A stretch of DNA of 64,000 nt, from positions 7,007 through 71,006 of the forward strand of contig CAXMOP010000021.1 in NCBI GenBank assembly GCA_964195155.1, given 5' to 3'. The notes beneath the pieces are model-generated. The model did no database searches. It was not told the DNA's origin and saw only the letters and a program-made list of their open reading frames with translations. This document shows positions 45,801 to 55,610 of the stretch, piece after piece (within the stretch, counting starts at the first letter, position 1; every line of letters starts with the position of its first letter). The position numbers and the translations under genes were made by a program. Source of the stretch: an uncultured Kiloniellales bacterium (GTDB taxonomy: Bacteria > Actinomycetota > Acidimicrobiia > Spongiisociales > UBA5794).

Positions 45801-46244
45801 ATGGAGGGATGGGACCCGAAGAGAATCATCGTCGGTGTCGACGGCTCGGAGCAATCGATCAATGCCGCCAGAGTCGCCGCCAGCCTCGCTCGCGCCCGGG
45901 ATGCGACGCTCCTCATCGTCGCGGTCGTGCGACCGCCCGAAGGTTGGTGGGGCATCGTCGGCTCGCCGCCCACCGCGGAGGCGCTTGGCGACGCCCTCTC
46001 CAATGCCCAGCGCGACGTGCTCGACCGCACCCTCGACCAGGTAGATCTGGCGGGAATCGACTACGACACGGCGGAGGAGATCGGTGACCCCTCCCAACAG
46101 CTGATCGAGGCGTGCCAGCGCCTCGAGGCAGATCTGCTCGTGGTCGGCCGCCGTGGGGCCGGCCCGCTGCGGAGGATGGTCGTCGGATCGGTGGCAGGCC
46201 ACGTCGTCAACGAGGCGCCATGTCCGGTACTCATCGTCCCCTGA
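45801..46244 (+). CDS. universal stress protein (UspA family)
   Basis: IIVGVDGS...LLVVGRRG..GSVA..V. Confidence 0.85.
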   Translation: MEGWDPKRIIVGVDGSEQSINAARVAASLARARDATLLIVAVVRPPEGWWGIVGSPPTAEALGDALSNAQRDVLDRTLDQVDLAGIDYDTAEEIGDPSQQLIEACQRLEADLLVVGRRGAGPLRRMVVGSVAGHVVNEAPCPVLIVP

Positions 46245-46268
46245 GGGGCCCGTTATGCTCCACTGCTT

Positions 46269-49200
46269 GTGAATGACGGCGCCTCTCCGGAGCGGACGTC
46301 AGACCCGGTAGCGGCCTCACAGGTCGATGTGGTGGCCGAATTGCCCGGGGCATTCTCTGCATTCACGAAGGCCTATACCGCCCGCGTTCCCGACGACGAG
46401 TTCCCGTTGGTCAGCCCTGACGAGCTTCAGGCCGAGCTCGCCAACGCTTTCCGGTTCCTGGCTGAGCGCGGCGACGAGCCGCACGCGATCCGGGTGTTCA
46501 ACCCACAACACGAGGGCCATGGTTACCACGCTCCCGGCTCGGTCGTCGAGATCGTCACCGACGATCGCCCATTCCTGATCGACTCGATTCTGGCGCTACT
46601 CACCCGGCGCGAGCATGCCGTCGCCCGGAGCTTCCACCCCGTCGTTGGCACACTCCGCGACGACGCCGGCAATCTGCTCGACGTCGTCAGGGGCCGCGAT
46701 GCTGACAATCGCGAATCGTTCCAGCACTACGAGCTCCTAGAGATGCTCGATGAGGCCGCAGCTACCGGGCTGGTAGAAGCGATCGACTGGGTGCTCACCG
46801 GCGTGAAACTGGTCGTCAGCGACTTCGTCCCGATGCAAGAAGCGGTTCGGACCATGATCGGCCTTGCCCGCGATGACGCCGCCTCGTTCCCGGAAGAAGA
46901 CGTCGACGAGACCGTTGCGTTCCTCGAATGGCTGCTCGATGACAACTTCGTCTTCCTCGGCTACCGGCGATACGACATCGTCGACGCTAACGGGCAGCCT
47001 GCGCTGGTCATCACCCCCGGCACCGGACTCGGGTTGCTCCACACTGAATGGCGGAGCAAATATGTCGAGCCGGTACCGCTTGAGGATCTGCCGACCGGCG
47101 TCCGCGAGCGGTACGAGTCGAGCGACCATCTGGTGATCTCGAAGACGAACGCCTACTCGACGGTGCACCGCGACGCTCGGATGGACTACATCGGTTTGCG
47201 ACTCGTCGGCGACGATGCCAGCCCCCAGGGGGAGGCCCGCCTTCTCGGGCTCTTCACGTCGAAGGCGTACATGGCGAATGCGGGGTCGATTCCGATCCTG
47301 CGCAACAAGCTGGAGCGAATCCTGGCGGAAGAGGACCTGATCGAGGGATCCCATGACTACAAGGTGATCGTCCAGATCTTCGACTCCTTCCCGATGGATG
47401 AGTTGTTCACGATCTCGCACGACGATCTGCGCCGCAGCCTGATCGGTCTGCTCGAGTCCGAGGAGCACCAGCGCGTGCGCCTTTTCGTCCGACGCGATGC
47501 GCTGAGCCGCAATGTGTCGGTGCTGGTCGTCGCGCCGAGGGAGCGATTCAACGCCGAGCTCCGGCAGCAGCTCCAGCAACTGTTCCTCGAGCGGTTCGAG
47601 GGCGAGTCAATCGACTACCGGCTGTCGCTTGGTGAGAGCGGCGACGCACGCATCCATTTCACCGTATGGCCGGAAGGTGACATCCCGAATGTGCCGACCG
47701 AGGAACTGGAGAGTGAGGTATATCGCCTCACGCGCACCTGGGAGGATCGGGTGGGTCGTGTGCTCTCCGACCGCGTCGGCCAGGCCGAGGCCAAACGGCT
47801 GGTCGAAGCCCACAATGCTCGATTCCCGACCTACTACCGCTCGTCGACCCCTCTCCCCGAGGCGGCGACCGCGGTGGCCAACATCGATCGGCTCAAGGCC
47901 GGCGACGACGAAATTGCTGTTGATGTGTACAACGAGATCGACAGCGAAGAAGGCCTTACCCGGATCGCCGTGTACAGCAGAGAGGGCAAACGCGACCTCT
48001 CCGCAATGCTGCCACTCCTGGAGGATCTTGGCCTCACCGTCATCGAGGAGGTTCCGACGCGGATCGAAGATGACCAAGAAGAGCTCTTCCTGCACGACTT
48101 TGGTGTGCTGGGCGCGGACGGCGCCGCCCTGGACATCGCCGCGAGTGCGGCACGGGTTGCACAGACCTTGACTGCCGCGCTCACCGGTTCTGCGGAGACC
48201 GACAGCCTGCACCGCCTGGTTGTGGGCAGCGGTCTGAACTATCAGCAGATCAACGTGCTTCGCGCCTATCGGTCGTACTGGCACCTGGTGACGCCGACGT
48301 TCACCAAGGAGTACATCGCCGACACGCTCGCGGCCTATCCCGAGATCACCCAGGACCTCGTGCAGCTCTTCGAGGCCCGCTTCGGACCCGATGGCGACGA
48401 AGGCACAGAAGCCGAGCTGCGGCTGCGCATCATCGACCACCTCGACGATGTCGAGTCGCTCGATGAGGATCGGATTCTGCGCGGTTTCCTCGGGCTGATC
48501 GATGCCACGCTGCGTACGAGCGCCTTCATCGATACCGAGTCGCTTGCCTTCAAGTTCCTCTCAGAAGCGGTCCCGGATATGCCCCAGCCCTTCCCGATGT
48601 TCGAGATCTTCGTCTTTGCCCGCGCCGCCGCCGGCGTGCACCTGCGCGCAGGCAGGGTGGCGCGGGGAGGGATCCGCTGGTCAACCCGGCAAGAGGACTA
48701 CCGCACTGAGGTGCTTGGCCTGATGAAGGCCCAGAAGACCAAGAACGTGGTCATTGTGCCCACCGGCGCCAAGGGTGGCTTCGTTGTGCGGGAGCCCGCC
48801 GACCAGGCCGGCGCTTCCCGGGATGAGATTCACGACGCATACGAGATCTTCATTCGAGGTCTGCTCGACATCACCGACAACCTCGTGGACGGAATCGCGG
48901 TTCACCCTCGCGGCGTGCGCTGCCATGACAGCGGAGACCCATACCTCGTCGTCGCCGCCGATCGAGGAACCGCCACGTTTTCCGATGCCGCCAATGCTAT
49001 CAGCGCCGAGTACGGGTTCTGGCTCGACGACGCCTTCGCCTCCGGTGGCTCGACGGGTTACGACCACAAGGCCCTCGGGATCACCGCCCGCGGGGCCTGG
49101 GAGTCCGTTCGCCGCCACTTCGTCGAGCTCGGCGTCGATATCAATGCCGACGCGGTCACGGTCGTCGGGATCGGCGACATGTCCGGCGATGTCTTTGGGA

Positions 49201-51044
49201 ACGGAATGCTGCTGTCGCGATCGATCCGCCTCATTGCCGCCTTCGACCACCGCCACATCTTCATCGACCCGGAGCCGGATGCGGGGGCCGCGTACGAGCA
49301 GCGGGAGCGGCTCGCGGCGTTGGGTCGTTCCTCTTGGGCCGATTACGACAAGGCGTTGATATCGGTGGGAGGCGGCGTATTTCCGAGGACCGCAAAGCGA
49401 ATCGATATCAGCGAGGAGATGAGCGAGCGATTCGGGATCCGCTCCGGTGTCCTCACGCCAAACGAGCTGATCGGTGCAGTGCTCAAGGCGCCGACCGATC
49501 TTCTCTGGAATGGCGGCCTCGGCACCTTCGTCAAGGCCAGTGGCCAGTCGAATCTCGATGCCCAGGATCGTGCCAACGACGCGATCAGGATCAATGGCAA
49601 CGAGTTGCGAGCCAAAGTGGTGGGTGAGGGGGGCAACCTCGGCTTCACCCAGGCCGGGCGCATCGAGTACTCCCGCTTCGAAGGTCTGATATTCACCGAT
49701 TTCGTCGACAACGTCGGGGGCGTCCACTGCTCGGACAAAGAAGTGAACATCAAAGTGTTGCTTCGCCTTGCGGAGATGGACGGAGCCCTCGAGCGCGAGG
49801 AGCGCAATGCGCTCATCGAATCGGTCTCGAGCGACGTGGTCGAGGCAATCGTCTACGACAACTTCCTGCAGGCGCAGATCCTCGCCCAGGAGGCCGACCT
49901 GTCGGCGGCCAGCATCGATGCGTATGAGGACCTGATGATGGATCTCGAAGAGAATGCGGGTCTCAACCGGGAGATCGAGGGGCTGCCTTCATCCGAGATC
50001 ATGATGGAGCGGTCGCGGGACGGCCTCGCCATGCAACGCCCCGAGCTGGCCGTGATCATGTCGTACGCCAAGCAACAACTCACCAACAACCTGGTGGCCT
50101 CCGACTTGCCGGATTCACCGGAGTTGGACGACGACCTGCGCCGGTACTTTCCGACGAGGATCGTCGACCAGTTCGGCCAGTACATCGATCAGCATCCGCT
50201 GCGTCGCGAGTTGATCTCGACCATCATTGCCAACCAGGTGCTCAACTCGCAGGGATCGACGTTTGTCTCGCGGCTGGAGGCGGAGATGGGGGCGAGCCCT
50301 GCCCAGATCGTGTGGGCGTATCGCGTCGCCAGGGATGTCACCCTCGCCGGACAGCGCTGGTCCGCGATCGAGGAGATCACGGGAATGCTCGATCCCGCCT
50401 TGCAGCGCGACATGCTCCAGGGTGTGGACGATCTGGTCGAGACGGTGGCTCGGGTATTCATCGCCCAGCCACGGGATGCCTCAATGGCCGAGATTATCGA
50501 GCTCTATGGGGGAGGCTTCAACGAGCTCGCCGGCGAGATACAGTCGATCGGCCCCAAGCGCTGGCAGGACCAGAACAATGAGGAGGCGCAGCGCCTGATC
50601 GACCACGGAGTGCCGTCGGAGCTGGCGTACCGCCACGCCTATCAGGATCAGTTGGTGCACGGGACCGACATCGTCGACGTCGCCGAGGCCACCGCCAGAC
50701 CGGTCCTCGACGTAGCCAAGGCGTTTTTCCGCGCCGGCCAGTCCTTCCACATCGACTGGCTTGAGCGCCAGTTGGACAATCTGCCGGCCGACACCCGGTG
50801 GCAGCGATGGGCGCGCCTCAGCCTCGCGTACGACCTCATGGCGCTTCGGAGGCGAATCGTCGAACGCATCTTCGAAGAGTCACCCGATGACACCGCAGAC
50901 CAAGCGATCGACGCCTTCATCTCGAGTCACCTCGAGCAGGAGGGGCGCCTGACCAGACTGATGCGGCTGCTACGCCGCGATGGGGTATCCGATACCGCGG
51001 CGGTGACCGTTGCCATCCGCCAGATCCAGGCCCTGGCCAGCTAA
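46269..51044 (+). CDS. NAD-specific glutamate dehydrogenase, large (~1590 aa) Bac_GDH family
   Basis: Size and blocks GGIRWSTRQEDYRTEVLGLMKAQKTKNVVIVPTGAKGGFV. Confidence 0.9.
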   Translation: MNDGASPERTSDPVAASQVDVVAELPGAFSAFTKAYTARVPDDEFPLVSPDELQAELANAFRFLAERGDEPHAIRVFNPQHEGHGYHAPGSVVEIVTDDRPFLIDSILALLTRREHAVARSFHPVVGTLRDDAGNLLDVVRGRDADNRESFQHYELLEMLDEAAATGLVEAIDWVLTGVKLVVSDFVPMQEAVRTMIGLARDDAASFPEEDVDETVAFLEWLLDDNFVFLGYRRYDIVDANGQPALVITPGTGLGLLHTEWRSKYVEPVPLEDLPTGVRERYESSDHLVISKTNAYSTVHRDARMDYIGLRLVGDDASPQGEARLLGLFTSKAYMANAGSIPILRNKLERILAEEDLIEGSHDYKVIVQIFDSFPMDELFTISHDDLRRSLIGLLESEEHQRVRLFVRRDALSRNVSVLVVAPRERFNAELRQQLQQLFLERFEGESIDYRLSLGESGDARIHFTVWPEGDIPNVPTEELESEVYRLTRTWEDRVGRVLSDRVGQAEAKRLVEAHNARFPTYYRSSTPLPEAATAVANIDRLKAGDDEIAVDVYNEIDSEEGLTRIAVYSREGKRDLSAMLPLLEDLGLTVIEEVPTRIEDDQEELFLHDFGVLGADGAALDIAASAARVAQTLTAALTGSAETDSLHRLVVGSGLNYQQINVLRAYRSYWHLVTPTFTKEYIADTLAAYPEITQDLVQLFEARFGPDGDEGTEAELRLRIIDHLDDVESLDEDRILRGFLGLIDATLRTSAFIDTESLAFKFLSEAVPDMPQPFPMFEIFVFARAAAGVHLRAGRVARGGIRWSTRQEDYRTEVLGLMKAQKTKNVVIVPTGAKGGFVVREPADQAGASRDEIHDAYEIFIRGLLDITDNLVDGIAVHPRGVRCHDSGDPYLVVAADRGTATFSDAANAISAEYGFWLDDAFASGGSTGYDHKALGITARGAWESVRRHFVELGVDINADAVTVVGIGDMSGDVFGNGMLLSRSIRLIAAFDHRHIFIDPEPDAGAAYEQRERLAALGRSSWADYDKALISVGGGVFPRTAKRIDISEEMSERFGIRSGVLTPNELIGAVLKAPTDLLWNGGLGTFVKASGQSNLDAQDRANDAIRINGNELRAKVVGEGGNLGFTQAGRIEYSRFEGLIFTDFVDNVGGVHCSDKEVNIKVLLRLAEMDGALEREERNALIESVSSDVVEAIVYDNFLQAQILAQEADLSAASIDAYEDLMMDLEENAGLNREIEGLPSSEIMMERSRDGLAMQRPELAVIMSYAKQQLTNNLVASDLPDSPELDDDLRRYFPTRIVDQFGQYIDQHPLRRELISTIIANQVLNSQGSTFVSRLEAEMGASPAQIVWAYRVARDVTLAGQRWSAIEEITGMLDPALQRDMLQGVDDLVETVARVFIAQPRDASMAEIIELYGGGFNELAGEIQSIGPKRWQDQNNEEAQRLIDHGVPSELAYRHAYQDQLVHGTDIVDVAEATARPVLDVAKAFFRAGQSFHIDWLERQLDNLPADTRWQRWARLSLAYDLMALRRRIVERIFEESPDDTADQAIDAFISSHLEQEGRLTRLMRLLRRDGVSDTAAVTVAIRQIQALAS

Positions 51045-51049
51045 CAAAC

Positions 51050-51101
51050 CCGTTCTTGCGTAGCGTGATCCGGTATACCGGATGTGGCTACGCAAGAACG
51101 G
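51050..51101. repeat. hairpin with stem CCGTTCTTGCGTAGC/GCTACGCAAGAACGG enclosing palindrome ATCCGGTATACCGGAT
   Basis: Same stem as 11810-11859. Confidence 0.75.
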
Positions 51102-51116
51102 TCGTGTCGCCTCTTC

Positions 51117-51141
51117 ACAAACGAACGTTCGTTTGTATAAT
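51117..51141 (+). promoter_or_regulatory. paa operon operator candidate: 20-bp perfect palindrome ACAAACGAACGTTCGTTTGT overlapping -10 TATAAT (51136-51141)
   Basis: Perfect dyad immediately upstream of RBS GAGGAG and paaA GTG start. Confidence 0.5.
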
Positions 51142-51171
51142 GGTGAGACCGACCGAGGCTGAGGAGATCCG

Positions 51172-52101
51172 GTGAGCGGCGAAGCGCAATTCCAGGCGAC
51201 GATCGATGCCGACGAGAAGGTTGAGCCCCGCGACTGGATGCCAGACGGGTATCGCAGCACCCTGATTCGCCAGATTGCCCAGCACGCCCATTCAGAGATC
51301 ATCGGGATGCAGCCCGAGGGCAACTGGATCACCAGGGCTCCAACCCTCATGCGCAAGGCCATCCTCATCGCCAAAGTGCAGGACGAGGCCGGCCACGGCC
51401 TCTACCTCTACTCGGCGGCCGAGACCCTTGGCGTCTCCCGCGACGAGCTCCAACACCTGCTCCACACCGGGAGGCAAAAGTACTCGTCGATCTTCAACTA
51501 CCCGACGCTCAGCTGGGCCGACATGGGTGTGATCGGGTGGTTGGTAGACGGCGCAGCCATCGCCAACCAGATCATGTTGCAAGGCACCTCGTATGGGCCA
51601 TACGCACGCGCCATGGTTCGGATCTGCAAGGAAGAGAGCTTTCATCAACGTCAGGGCTACGCCATCTGCCTTGCGCTGGCCAACGGCAGCGACGAACAGC
51701 GGGCGATGCTCCAAGACGCCGTCGACCGGTACTGGTGGCCATCGCTGATGATGTTTGGCCCCCACGACAGCGAGTCGACCCACACCGAGGAGTCGATGCA
51801 ATGGAAGATCAAGCGGGTCACGAACGACGAGCTGCGGAGACAGTTCATCGATACCACGGTTCCCCAAGGTCAGTACCTGGGCGTGACCTTCCCCGATCCG
51901 GAGCTTCGCTTCGACAAGGAGACCGGCCACTGGCACATCGGGGACATCGACTGGGACGAGTTCTGGGCAGTGGTGAAGGGCAACGGCCCACTCAACCGCG
52001 AGCGCCTGGCCCACAAGGTGCGGGCATGGGACGAGGGTGCCTGGGTCCGCGAGGCCGCGGCGGCATATGCGGCCAAACACGCACTCGCCGAGTCGGCGTG
52101 A
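51172..52101 (+). CDS. paaA: 1,2-phenylacetyl-CoA epoxidase subunit A
   Basis: Ferritin-like di-iron motifs; gene order paaABCDE. Confidence 0.88.
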   Translation: MSGEAQFQATIDADEKVEPRDWMPDGYRSTLIRQIAQHAHSEIIGMQPEGNWITRAPTLMRKAILIAKVQDEAGHGLYLYSAAETLGVSRDELQHLLHTGRQKYSSIFNYPTLSWADMGVIGWLVDGAAIANQIMLQGTSYGPYARAMVRICKEESFHQRQGYAICLALANGSDEQRAMLQDAVDRYWWPSLMMFGPHDSESTHTEESMQWKIKRVTNDELRRQFIDTTVPQGQYLGVTFPDPELRFDKETGHWHIGDIDWDEFWAVVKGNGPLNRERLAHKVRAWDEGAWVREAAAAYAAKHALAESA

Positions 52102-52111
52102 GGAGCAGATC

Positions 52112-52450
52112 ATGAGCTACGACGTTCCACAGATCCCCGGCGAGCAACTGGATGACATCACCGCGAAGCACCAAGACCACGGTTGGCCGTTGTGGGAGGT
52201 CTTTGTCCGTCCCAAGCGCGGGCTCAGCCATACTCACGCCGGCTCCCTGCACGCTGCCGATCCCGAGACCGCAGTACAGAACGCCCGCGACGTATATACC
52301 CGCCGCGCCGAGGGTGTGAGCATCTGGGTGGTGGCGTCGACCGAGGTGCACGCATCGGACGACTCCGAATCGATGTTCGAGCCATTTGAGGATCGGCCGT
52401 ACCGGCACCCCACCTTCTATGAGATTCCGGACGAAGTGGGGCAGATGTGA
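52112..52450 (+). CDS. paaB: 1,2-phenylacetyl-CoA epoxidase subunit B
   Basis: ~110 aa, MSYDVP...WEVFVRP.RG. Confidence 0.85.
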   Translation: MSYDVPQIPGEQLDDITAKHQDHGWPLWEVFVRPKRGLSHTHAGSLHAADPETAVQNARDVYTRRAEGVSIWVVASTEVHASDDSESMFEPFEDRPYRHPTFYEIPDEVGQM

Positions 52451-53241
52451 CCATCCAGCCGAGCTCCCAAACGGGGAACACGACGACCACCGCAACGTTG
52501 CTTGGCACCTATCTGCTGCGCCTCGGCGACGACAACCTCATTCTCGCCCAGCGCCTTGGCGAGTACATCTCGCGCGCTCCGGACCTCGAGGAGGACCTCG
52601 CGGTGGCCAACATCGCCCTCGACCACATCGGCGTGGCTCAGCATTTGTACACCTACACCGGCGAGGTCGAGGATGACGGACGCAGCGAGGACGACTTCGC
52701 CTTTCTCCGCTCCGAGCGCGAGTTCACCAATGCACTGCTGGTCGAGCAGCCACATGACGGATTCGGTGACTTGATTACCCGCCAGTTCTTCTTCGACGCA
52801 TACCAGCTCGAGTTGTGGACGGCCCTTGCACAATCCGCCGACGAGCGTCTCGCCGGGATCGCCTCCAAGGCAGTCAAAGAGGCGCGCTATCACCTCAGAC
52901 ACAGCTCGAGCTGGATGATCCGGCTCGGTGACGGCACAGAAGAGTCGCACCAACGCATCCAGCGTTCGGTCAACGATCTGTGGCGGTTCACCGGTGAGCT
53001 CTTCGATGGCGACTCGGTTGACCGCGACCTGTCGAACGCGGGCGTAGGCGTCGACCCGGGAACGTTGCGCCCCGCCTGGGAACGAACGGTCACCGAGGTG
53101 CTGGCCGAAGCGACGCTCGAGCGTCCAGACGATCCGTATCAGGCAAGCGGCGGTAGGCACGGGGTTCACGGCGAGCATCTCGGCCACCTGCTCGCCGAGA
53201 TGCAATGGATGCAGCGGACTTTCCCGGATCTCACCTGGTGA
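52447..53241 (+). CDS. paaC: 1,2-phenylacetyl-CoA epoxidase subunit C
   Basis: Ferritin-like, GTG overlapping paaB stop. Confidence 0.85.
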   Translation: MTIQPSSQTGNTTTTATLLGTYLLRLGDDNLILAQRLGEYISRAPDLEEDLAVANIALDHIGVAQHLYTYTGEVEDDGRSEDDFAFLRSEREFTNALLVEQPHDGFGDLITRQFFFDAYQLELWTALAQSADERLAGIASKAVKEARYHLRHSSSWMIRLGDGTEESHQRIQRSVNDLWRFTGELFDGDSVDRDLSNAGVGVDPGTLRPAWERTVTEVLAEATLERPDDPYQASGGRHGVHGEHLGHLLAEMQWMQRTFPDLTW

Positions 53242-53702
53242 TGGCCAGCGCCATCGACGAGCTGCTCGCTGCGGTCGTCGACCCGGAGATCCCGGTGCTC
53301 ACGATTGCCGACCTCGGCGTCCTGCGAGGGGCTTCGGTCGACGAACACGGCGTGGTCACGGTGACGATCACCCCCACCTATTCGGGGTGCCCGGCAATGG
53401 GCGTCATCGAGGAGGACATCGTGTCGACCCTCGAAGCCGGCGGATACGACCAGATCGTGGTGCGCACGACCTTCAGCCCGGCCTGGACCTCGGACTGGAT
53501 GAGCGAAGAAGCCAAGCGGCGACTGAACGAATACGGCATCGCCCCGCCACAGCAAGTCGGGAGCACACCCGAGCCCGTGTTGTGTCCGCAGTGCGCAGCG
53601 CCGGAAACCAGGCTCGTTGCCGAGTTCGGCTCCACGGCCTGCAAGGCGCTGATGGTGTGCAGCTCGTGCGCCGAGCCCTTCGACCACTTCAAAGCAATAT
53701 GA
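53241..53702 (+). CDS. paaD: phenylacetate-CoA oxygenase subunit PaaD (Fe-S assembly SufT-like)
   Basis: DUF59 N-term + CxxC...CxxC C-term. Confidence 0.8.
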   Translation: MASAIDELLAAVVDPEIPVLTIADLGVLRGASVDEHGVVTVTITPTYSGCPAMGVIEEDIVSTLEAGGYDQIVVRTTFSPAWTSDWMSEEAKRRLNEYGIAPPQQVGSTPEPVLCPQCAAPETRLVAEFGSTACKALMVCSSCAEPFDHFKAI

Positions 53703-53798
53703 GTCGCGAGTCGCGAGTCGCGAGTCGCGAGTTACGAGTCGCGAACGACTCGTCGCTTGTCATGCTCGCGTCTCGCGTCTCGCGACTCGCGACTTCTC
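53703..53798. repeat. heptad-repeat hairpin (GAGTCGC x5 ... GCGACTC-type x4) inserted between paaD and paaE
   Basis: Direct reading; both arms intragenic-operonic. Confidence 0.85.
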
Positions 53799-54860
53799 AT
53801 GGCTGCTGAGTTTCACTCGCTCGCCATCGCCTCCATCGACCGGCTCACCGACGCCTCGGTGACGATCCGCTTTGCCGTGCCACCAGAGCTGGTGGCCGAT
53901 TACCGGTTCACCCCGGGCCAGCACGTGATCGTTCGCGGGGACGTCGATGGTGAAGACGTGCGTCGGAGCTATTCCATCTGCACGAGCGCCAACTCCGGTG
54001 AGCTCCGGGTCGCGGTCAAACAGCTCGACGGCGGAGCCTTCTCGACCTATGTCAACAAGGAGCTGACCGCGGGCGACCGGCTCGAGGTCACGCTTCCGGT
54101 TGGTGAGTTCATCATCGAGACGGATGCTGCCAACGCGAGTCACTATCTGGCGATCGCCGCGGGCAGCGGCATCACCCCGATCATGTCGATGATTGCCACG
54201 GTTCTCGAAGACGAGCCGAACAGCCGCTTCACCCTCGTTTACGGCAACCGCAACTCGATGTCGGTGATGTTCCTCGAGGAGCTCAGTGACCTCAAGGATC
54301 GGTATCCGAGCCGGCTCGTGCTCATCCACGTGCTGAGCCGGGAGTCCAACATCATTCCCCTCTACGACGGTCGCATCGACGGTGCCAAGCTCGATGAGTT
54401 GTTCGCAACGGTCGTCGACGCTCACACCGTCGACGGCTGGTATCTGTGCGGGCCGTCCGGCGTCGTAGAGGCTGCGCGCAAGACCCTGGCCACGCTCGGA
54501 GTGGATGAGGAGTCGATCCACGACGAGCTGTTCTATGCCGGTGATGAGGTGCGCCCCCAAATCCCCGCCGACGACCCGGACGGTTCGACCGTGCGGTTCA
54601 CGCTCAACGGCCGCACCTCGACGATGGTGATCGACCCGGCCGGTCTCAGCATCCTCGACCATGCCCTTGTGGTGCGGCCCGACGCCCCGTTCTCGTGCCA
54701 GAGCGGTGCCTGTGCCTCGTGCCGGGCGGTGGTGACCGCGGGTGAAGTGCGCATGGACCGGAACTGGGCACTCAGCGACGCCGAAGTTGAACGGGGCGAT
54801 GTCCTCACCTGCCAGTCCCATCCCGTCTCCGAGTTCGTCGAGCTGACGTACGACCGATGA
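53799..54860 (+). CDS. paaE: phenylacetate-CoA oxygenase reductase subunit (FNR-like + 2Fe-2S ferredoxin)
   Basis: FAD RxYS, NAD GSGITP, C-terminal CxxxxCxxC...C. Confidence 0.88.
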   Translation: MAAEFHSLAIASIDRLTDASVTIRFAVPPELVADYRFTPGQHVIVRGDVDGEDVRRSYSICTSANSGELRVAVKQLDGGAFSTYVNKELTAGDRLEVTLPVGEFIIETDAANASHYLAIAAGSGITPIMSMIATVLEDEPNSRFTLVYGNRNSMSVMFLEELSDLKDRYPSRLVLIHVLSRESNIIPLYDGRIDGAKLDELFATVVDAHTVDGWYLCGPSGVVEAARKTLATLGVDEESIHDELFYAGDEVRPQIPADDPDGSTVRFTLNGRTSTMVIDPAGLSILDHALVVRPDAPFSCQSGACASCRAVVTAGEVRMDRNWALSDAEVERGDVLTCQSHPVSEFVELTYDR

Positions 54861-55444
54861 GCAGAACCACCAGAGACGACGTCGTCGCTGCCGCCGGGCG
54901 CCTGTTCGCTGAACGCGGCTATCACGGAACTTCAATGCGGGATCTTGGCCGCGAACTTGGACTCCTCGGCTCGTCGCTGTACTCACACGTCGAAGGCAAA
55001 CAGCAGTTGCTCGTCGAGGTGGTCGACCGCGGCGCCGGCTTCTTTCAGGATGCCGCCGAGGCGGCGCTGGCGAGCGAGGGGTTGGCCGCTGCTCGGCTCC
55101 GTGCACTCATTGCCGGGCACATCGGCGTGGTGCTGGACCATCGACCGGAGGTGCGGACCTACCTCAACGAGGCATCGGTGCTCGACGGCGACCTGCGCGA
55201 CGGCGTGATCGCCGCCCGCGACCGGTACGAGGAAGCGTTTCGGACCGTGCTCAAGGAGGGCTCTGCCGATGGCTCCTTCCGTGGCGACATCGACATTGCG
55301 ATGGCCGCGATCTTCATCCTCTCGATCCTGAACGCCGTAGATCGCTGGTATCGCGAGGACGGCCGGATGAACCGCGGTGAACTGGTCGATCACCTGTTTC
55401 TGTTCGTGATCAAGGGGCTCACCGAGGAGGGTGCTCAACAATGA
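54857..55444 (+). CDS. TetR/AcrR family transcriptional regulator (likely paa regulator)
   Basis: N-terminal HTH ...FAERGYHGTSMRDL; last 7 codons + TGA supplied by family A repeat. Confidence 0.85.
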   Translation: MSRTTRDDVVAAAGRLFAERGYHGTSMRDLGRELGLLGSSLYSHVEGKQQLLVEVVDRGAGFFQDAAEAALASEGLAAARLRALIAGHIGVVLDHRPEVRTYLNEASVLDGDLRDGVIAARDRYEEAFRTVLKEGSADGSFRGDIDIAMAAIFILSILNAVDRWYREDGRMNRGELVDHLFLFVIKGLTEEGAQQ

Positions 55445-55494
55445 CGGGTGCGATGAGCCGGCGCGTGCGCGAGAGTTGGGCGGCTTATCCCATC
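55425..55494. repeat. family A element copy 5 (truncated/diverged 5' half)
   Basis: GAGGAGGGTGCTCAACAATGACGGGTGC... Confidence 0.6.
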
Positions 55495-55495
55495 C

Positions 55496-55530
55496 ACGCC
55501 GGCCCGCGACTCTGGACTCTCGACTCTCTC
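55496..55530. repeat. short tandem GACTCTN heptads (CGACTCTGGACTCTCGACTCTCTCT)
   Basis: Direct reading. Confidence 0.6.
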
Positions 55531-55610
55531 TAGCCGGGAATCAGCTCCACTTGGTCCTGGTTGCTCGAATGCCGGATCACAACCACACCACCAATCCGAG
55601 GAGCTGGACG

